NCBI GenBank assembly: GCA_000320545.1
Contig: ADNK01000914.1
Coordinates: 1-64,000 of the forward strand
Direction of reading: 5' to 3'
DNA length: 64,000 bases
From: Bigelowiella natans CCMP2755
Lineage: Eukaryota; Protista; Cercozoa
Shown: positions 56,160 to 64,000 of the stretch, in pieces
How the letters are laid out: each line of letters opens with the position of its first letter
Position numbering within the stretch: the stretch's first letter is position 1
Program-made: the position numbers and the translations under genes
The notes under the pieces: generated by a model
What the model was told of the DNA's origin: nothing
Seen by the model: only the letters and a program-made list of their open reading frames with translations
Database searches by the model: none

Positions 56160-58736
56160 ATGGTTTTTCATGTGACGATGCTGCTCTTGGCAGTCTTCGC
56201 GTGTGCATCTCCACGGAGAGGGGTTCGTCCTGAAGACCACCACCCTAAATTCAATACAAATGAGACAATTGTTTCCCCCTTAGACTTCCCCCATCATTTC
56301 GTAAACATTGCTCTATCCATCTCAGCCTCGCGACCCGCCTCCCTCCGCCGAGGAGAAGCGTAATTGGAGGTGGCACTGGGAGGAAAGAAAGCTAACTAAG
56401 AAGAAATTCTGGCGCCACAATCCGACTCAGGAGCCTCCGTAGTGAATCCTCATGTTAATATGATATATTGACAAACAGTGTGATAATAGTAATGATAAAT
56501 TACCACACCATGGAGATCGCATCAAACACGATTCATGAGGTATTTCGTTGCAGGTATCATCCTCCTGCGAACTGGGTCTACAACACATCTTCCGGGCCTG
56601 TGAAGGGCAAGATCAATGTGCACATCGTACCGCACACACACGACGACACTGGATGGCAGGTAGGGCATAAAATGGCGCTGCACGATCGCATTTTCCATAG
56701 TCGCTAAACGTATGAATGAATTTCGCTTTAGGTGACTGTAGACCAGTACTTCTTCATGGAAGTTTATTACATCCTCGACACGGTAATTCCTCTTCGATGC
56801 TGCCGACATCACATAGCAGCAATAACCATGTCTTCTTGGATCTGCTGCTGCTGCTGCTGTTGCTGCTGCTTTAGGTTGTGCGGGCCCTTAATGAAGATCC
56901 CAACAGACGCTTTATGTATGTGGAGACGGGTTTCTTCGCTCGATGGTATATTGAGAACATTTAACGCCCCCCCCCACACCTGCGTTTGTACCCATAGCTT
57001 TTCCGCTTCATACACCTGCTACGAAACGTAGGTGGGACCAACAACCTGAGAGGGTGAAGGCTATGACCCGCCGCCTGGTAGTGTTCAGATCACCAATCAG
57101 AATGGATACCCCCGAAACACAATGAAACCCTCTTACAATAATAACTATCATCGACTACGTCGTGTTGATGATAATAGTCTGATGAAGAAGAAGATATTAA
57201 ATACACGATCATCCATCTTCAGGTTCAAAATGGCCAACTCGAATTCATTAACGGTGGATGGTGTATGCATGACGAAGCTGCTCCCTACTATGTGGAGGTA
57301 GTAGTTCTGCTGCTACTACTACGACTACTGCTACAACTGCTACTACTACCACTACTACAACTACTAGAATTATAATGGCGAACAAAGATATCTTTATTTA
57401 TTCAGATATATGTGTGCACATATTAACATATGTATTTATTTATGTATTTTTTACTCGTAATTATTTATGTGCCTAAACTTAAGTATGTGCGGCGCACACA
57501 GTTCTCCATAGCCTGTTGACACTTTATCTCTAGTGTTGGAAACGGTGCCAAGTCTCACTTGCAGCGCCGAGACTGCCTCCTACTGATGCTGCATATTATC
57601 CTTTATTTGTAGATGGTGGATCAGACCACGAGAGGCCACATCTTCCTCAACAAAGAGTAGTGTGCAACATACGAGCGAGTGCATGCACACACAGAGAGAA
57701 GGGGGGGGGGGGGGGGAGTTGATTAGACGAGCGAAGCCAACTCATTCGGAAATTTGTACTATGTATATTAGGTTCGGCTCCAGTGGAAACCCCCGGGGTA
57801 CTTGGCAGATCGACCCGTTTGGCCACTCACAGACGCAGGTTGGAAGTATGAAGTGGACAATGCGACAGAACAAAAGAGCAACGGCACCTAAGTCAATAGA
57901 GAAATGAAAAAATTCTTTTAAGGAATTTCATTCACCTGCGGGGGTGGAGGCAGTTGTGCTGCCAACATCACCACTACTGAATGCTGCTGCTGCTGCTGCT
58001 GCCCTCTCCATGTTTCACACCCTTACCTACTGCAATCCAAAGGCGTGGCTGCTATCAGCTGAGGCAGGAATGGGAAATTTGTTCTGGGGACGCATGGACT
58101 ATTTGGATGGAGAGGTGGCAGCAACTGATTGCTATTACAATCATTTGACATCGTCGTCGTCATCATCATCATCATCATCATCATCATTGCCTGAGAGCAT
58201 ATATTTCCAACACATAGAAACGCCTCCAGGATAAAGGGCTCGAGTGGATTTGGCGTGGCAGCCAAAGCCTGGGCAAATCGGCAGAGATTTTCGCAGGAGA
58301 ATTGTATGTGCTGCTGATGTCCAACCATTAAAGAATGCGGGGGGTGGGAGGGGTTTTTATTTTTGATTTTTTGTTTTTCCTTATTGCAGTAAGTTGTTGA
58401 TAACTACTACCTCAAAAAGGTACGGCACAAACGGTGGCTTCGGATATTCGTCGCCAATGGGTTTCGACGGAAGTGATCAGCAGATCCAGGTTGCACATCC
58501 TGCTTCTTGGTTTTCTCTCTCTGCCTCTCCTCCTCCCCCTCCCCCCCCTCCCCGATCTTCCTCTTCTCTGTAGTATCAATACGCGCTTCGCGGTATTTTT
58601 TGACGAGAATAATTCATGCAATGCCGAACGGGAGAGAAGAATTGATGTAATGAAGAAACTTTATAAACTCACGATGCGTTCATACCTTTTTCGTGGAAAA
58701 ATAGGACGACCCACGTCGCCACGATTACAACGTCGA

Positions 58737-58802
<66 letters not shown>

Positions 58803-59123
58803 GCACACACACACACACACAGGTGGAAGAGTTCCTCGAATACGTGCAGAATCAGGCGCAAAACACAAGATCGAACCACATCGTAAGTGAACAAACAGTG
58901 ATGGGGGAGACGTTTGAGGGGGTGGCAAGGGAGGGGGCGATGATCATTAGTATGCCTTATGATTATTGTAGCAAGGATGGCAATGGTGGTTGTAAGAGCA
59001 TGCGTATTGTATCTTCCTCTTACTGCTCGTCGTCGTTACTATCACGGCATCTTCTTCTTCGCCGTTAGATCTGGGCGTGCGGTGGAGATTTCAACTACCA
59101 GAATGCTCAGCATTGGTGGGTGG

Positions 59124-59163
<40 letters not shown>

Positions 59164-59239
59164 AGGACGTGTGCTTATGGCCCTTGGCTATCATCATATG
59201 ACTTGCATATATCATAAAACACAGACACACACACGCACA

Positions 59240-59272
<33 letters not shown>

Positions 59273-59293
59273 GGGGGGGGGGTCCTTTACACA

Positions 59294-59328
<35 letters not shown>

Positions 59329-59522
59329 GGTACCACAATTTGGACAAGTTAATCCACTACGCCAATCTCAACGGAACGGTCCTCCTCCTCCTCCTCCTTC
59401 TTCTCCTCCTTCTCATCATCACCACCACCACCACCACCACCACTATCATCATCTTCAACATCATCATCATCCCGAATCTTATTAATCGTTTTTGTCATTT
59501 AAATGAGACTTGCACACACGCA

Positions 59523-59565
<43 letters not shown>

Positions 59566-59786
59566 ATACACGCATATTGCAGGTAAACGCTTTCTACTCC
59601 ACGCCTACTTTTTACACGGAGCAGAAGCACAAGTCAGGTCTTTCATGGGAGGTACTAGTTCTCACATCATCATCATCATCACCATCATCATCATCATCCC
59701 CATTACCTCCCTCCTCAACATCATGCATGCTTGCACAATCATATCCGCCATGCCTTTATCTTTGCCGCTACCGTCATCACTACCAC

Positions 59787-59818
<32 letters not shown>

Positions 59819-60612
59819 GGTACGTGAGGACGATATCTTCCCGTTGGCTGACGCCGCTCATCATTATTGGACGGGCTATTTCACATCGAGACCTGCTCTC
59901 AAGCGCCAGGTGATGATGGTGTTGATGATGATGATTTGATGGCTATGGAGGAGGAGGAGGAGAAGAGGACACTGATGGTTATTGTCCTATGGCGGTGTCG
60001 TAGTTCGAAAATCGTTGGTGTTTTTCTTGGGGTTTATGGGTAAAACGCCTACTATATGCTCGCGTTTCATTTATCATCCTAGTCATCATCATCATCATCA
60101 TCATTATTATTATCATTCTTACCATCCCAGGTGCGATTCGCTTCGAACCTTCTCAATGCGGCGCGCCAGATGGAGGTAGCCATTCCTGATCTTCATCAAC
60201 ACACGTTGCTTTCTTGCCCTCCCCCCTGTTGTTTTTCATTATTTTGCTGATTCTTTGGTTCTCTCCTCCTCCTCCGTGTTCCTTGTTCTGTTTTCCGATT
60301 TACTCCTCTCCCCTCCCTCGCTACAAGGTAACCTCCAAAGTCACGGCGCAGGAGGTTGACACGCCAACGATTCGCCCCTCCCCTCGCGTGGGAAGTGGCT
60401 GGACCGACAGCTTGGAAGGCACTGTGGGCGTTGCGACGCACCATGATGGGTAAGTTATATGATGATTTGATAACAATTAATACCATAGAAGCTTCCCGCC
60501 ATCTTCGTAACTCACGACACGCATCACACCTCAGCATGAGCGGCACGGAAAGACAGGACGTGGCCGATGACTACGAGCAGCGTATCGCAGAGTCGCAGGT
60601 GCTGTAGTGTAC

Positions 60613-60683
<71 letters not shown>

Positions 60684-61120
60684 TATCATCGAAACAATAG
60701 CACTTGTCTATCATGCACCGACCGAAAGCAGCATCGTCGGTTTGTTGGGTTGCTCCCTGTGGCATAGCTCGCAACGTAGTGAATACAGACGTACATCATC
60801 TGTCCAATAGGTGGCACATTCGTCGTCGTCATCATAGTATTTGTAATTGTTGTTTTTGGTGGATGTTGCTCACCCGACACCATTCTGCGCCCCCCCCCCT
60901 CCCCCCGTTTGCAGGTGGAAGTCGAAGCTGGTATTTCCCTCTCGCTGGAGCGCTTGATGGGATTGGAGCGGGATGGAAACAAGAAATCTCCTTTGTTCTC
61001 CCACTGCGGCTGCTCGCAGATGAACACGTGCCTCAACATCTCTATGTGTGCTTACACCGCGGAGAAGGAGGAAGAGGGCTTTACCGTCGTCGCGTGGTCC
61101 CCTCTCGGTAAGACACGAAG

Positions 61121-61164
<44 letters not shown>

Positions 61165-63096
61165 ACTGTTTTGGTGCAGTATCACTTGATCTCGATGATG
61201 ATATCGTCTTCACCACTTCACATCATCATAATGGTATTTTGCTGTCTCTCTTCTTTTTGTTTCTCTCCCCCCCTCCACCACCTCCGGTCCTCAGGCCGAG
61301 AATCGACCCAACTCATCCGTGTTCCAGTGAAAAATGCTCATTGGCGGGTGATTATGATGATGATGATGATGATGATGATGATGGTGATGCAAGCGAATCA
61401 TATTACACGAAGAGCCTGGGGAAGGGGGTCTTTTCCTCATCATCAGCTTCATCACCATCATTATCATCATGGTCATCACCCAACGATTAGGTATACGACA
61501 TGGGAGCTTCGTCTTCGTCCTTATCGTCGCCCTCCATTCCAGCGGATATTACCTTGATCGACGACATCACGCACAGGCTGCCTTTGCTGTACATCAACAA
61601 GTACAACCTCAGTCCAGACGAGCTCAAGAAGAAGGAGCAAGAGTACGCCAATACTGCAACGCACATCATCTCGTTCCAGGCGAAGGATCTGCCCTCCGTT
61701 GGCTTTAATACATTCCTGGTAAGCGATCATCATCATCATCCTCGTCGTCGTCATCATCCTTTCGATGCATCTGATTCTACTTGCATTCTTACTCGCGTTG
61801 ACGCATTTGAAAATTGCATACAATATTCACATTTCACCAAATAGCGATGGCTTTGGTCCCGCGACATGACATGTGTTTTTCGTGTGGTTGCGTGTGTGTG
61901 CGTATCCCTTTTAGGTTGTGCCTGTGTCTGAAGAAGAGGCTAAGCAATCGCAAACCACATCGGAGATCCTCCGTAAACCAACTCAACATGAGGAAGAGGA
62001 GGAGGAGGAGAAGAAGACCACCACCACCACTGTGAGCAACGGCTATTACGAACTTGAAATCGACGAGAAAACAGGTGTGAGGGAGGAAGGGGTGGGGTAA
62101 TTGAAGAATGTGGTCAATATTTTGGTCAGATTATTAGCAGCAATAGTAGTAGTAGTAGTAGTAGGGGCTGGTTGTTATCATCAAAGTAGAATCTACAGGA
62201 TAAAGATGTTGCACCTCGCCTATGCTGCTCGTTCCTTCGTTCCTTCGTTTCTCCTCCTCCTCCTCCTCCTCCTCCTCCTTTCATTGGTGCTTTCAAACGT
62301 AGTACTGCAACAACAAATCCGCCTTCCATCCTATATCCAGGCATGTTGTCCTCCATCAAGAAATATGAAAAGACAACATCTCTACCTCGTTTTCCATGCA
62401 ATGGGGATGGTATAACTCCTCGACAGGCGGGTAGTATTAGCTACCACGTTTCGTTTCTCTTTATTCCCTCTCAATCTCTCTCTCCCCCCCCCCTCCCCTT
62501 CTCTCTGTCGAGAGGGGTTGCACTAAAATACAACACGCTTTCGGCTACCGTAAATGCACACACACACACACACACGTATAATCCTAACTACGAGCTGAAA
62601 ACGACCTCCGACTCGCAATTCTTATTGCCTTCTCATCCCCCCTTCCCTCCCCCTCCTCCACCTCGTTCTCCTCTCTCTCGCAGATGCACCCAGGACATCC
62701 CTGGTCCTCCTCAGAGCGAGCAGCAGTGCGACTCCCAAGCATCAGGCGCGTACATCTTCAGGCCGAATTCATCAAGGTAGGTTCTCCTCCTTCGGAAGTT
62801 TACTCATTTTAAGGATCGTCATCATTATTTGCTGACTGATGGTGGGTGTTGCTGCTGCTGCTACTGCTACTACGTCGTCGTTGTGCAGGTTCTTCGAATG
62901 TGCTGCTTCTGGAAGCCGCCCCACCGTGGAGATCATCCGTGGGGAGCTGATGGTGGAGGTCAGGCAAACCTTCTCTGACTGGGCATCGCATGTAAGAAAA
63001 GACAGTAATAGTGATAGTAGTAGAGCAGCAGCCTAAATATAAAGAAGAGACCAAGATTGATGGATTATATGTGCCTATAGTAGTAGAGATTACGCA

Positions 63097-63145
<49 letters not shown>

Positions 63146-64000
63146 CTCTCTTTCTTTCTTTCTGTCTATCTGTCAATCCTTCCGATCTGCCAACGACTGT
63201 ACGCACTCTGCTGCTGCTGCTGCCGCTGCTGCTTTTCCATCATCAATCTTGCCCTCCTCCTCCTCCTCCTCCTCCTCCTCCCCCTCCTCCTCCCAATCCC
63301 CCTCACCCGCCCTCACCGTCATCACGATCACGAAACCAATCATCATCGCAAAGGTAATTCGCCTGGTGAAGGACACCCCTTACATCGAAGTCGAGTGGAC
63401 AGCTGGCCCTATCCCCATCCACACAGACTGGATCCAAGGAGAGGGGGATCTTGGCAAGGAGGTGTCGATCCGCTACAACACCGGCCTCAAGTCACAGGGC
63501 GTTTTCCATACGGACAGCAACGGCCGGGAGATGGTGAAGCGGATTCGCAATGGCCGTGGTCCTTCCTATCCCCAGCCCCTAAACATCTCAGAGCCGGTAC
63601 TGCGTAGTATCATCATCATCATCATCATCATCACCATCATCATCACCATCATCATCATCACCATCATCATCATCACCATCATATGCCTTTTCCGGGGTGA
63701 CGAGCCACCGCGCATCGATGCGGGCGAAGCAGCGCATCGACACATAATAATTACGATTGGTGGCTGCATGCTCTCTGCCATTCTCTCCCTCTCTCTGTCG
63801 CGACAAAGCGGGCTAGTAGCGCTAATCGTTCATATTCAACAACCCCCCCCCAATGCCTTTCTTCTTCGTCGTCTCCATCCTCCCTCCTCCTCCTCCTCCA
63901 CCTCCTCCTCCTTCACTATATAAAATCAACATACATACCCTGGATGCTTCATTCAGATCGCTGGGAACTACTATCCCGTAAACGCTATGATCGGACTAGA
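56160..64000 (+). CDS. Lysosomal/vacuolar-type alpha-mannosidase, glycoside hydrolase family 38 (3' end outside window)
   Basis: Signal peptide [31 protein letters not shown] (Zn ligands), [43 protein letters not shown] (nucleophile Asp, ~57802-57830), [46 protein letters not shown]. Confidence 0.93.

Overview
Intron-rich eukaryotic nuclear DNA (standard code, GT-AG introns) from a flagellated protist; the organism cannot be established from the sequence. Manual splicing gives ten genes in almost perfectly alternating orientation: an unknown membrane protein (+), a CH-LIM-LIM-CaaX protein (-), a myristoylated SAP/ankyrin/DYRK-like kinase (+), a BCS1-like AAA ATPase with a possible SAM domain (-), CFAP47 (+), a secreted catalase-peroxidase (-), an RIIa-EF-hand protein (+), a dual-acylated acidic protein (-), an SLC46-like MFS transporter (-) and a GH38 alpha-mannosidase (+, runs off the window). 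Two decayed ankyrin-repeat pseudogenes lie at about 48.5-50.2 kb. Most short ORFs in the track are microsatellite artefacts. The most unusual signal is a compartment-restricted mutational signature. DNA downstream of gene 3' ends, including the pseudogenes, has lost most TpA dinucleotides (apparently TA->TG/CA, turning Tyr into Cys/His) while CTAG is retained and enriched. This looks like an inverse of fungal RIP and may reflect an undescribed adenine-directed mutator or genome-defence process. All counts are by hand and exon boundaries are approximate.
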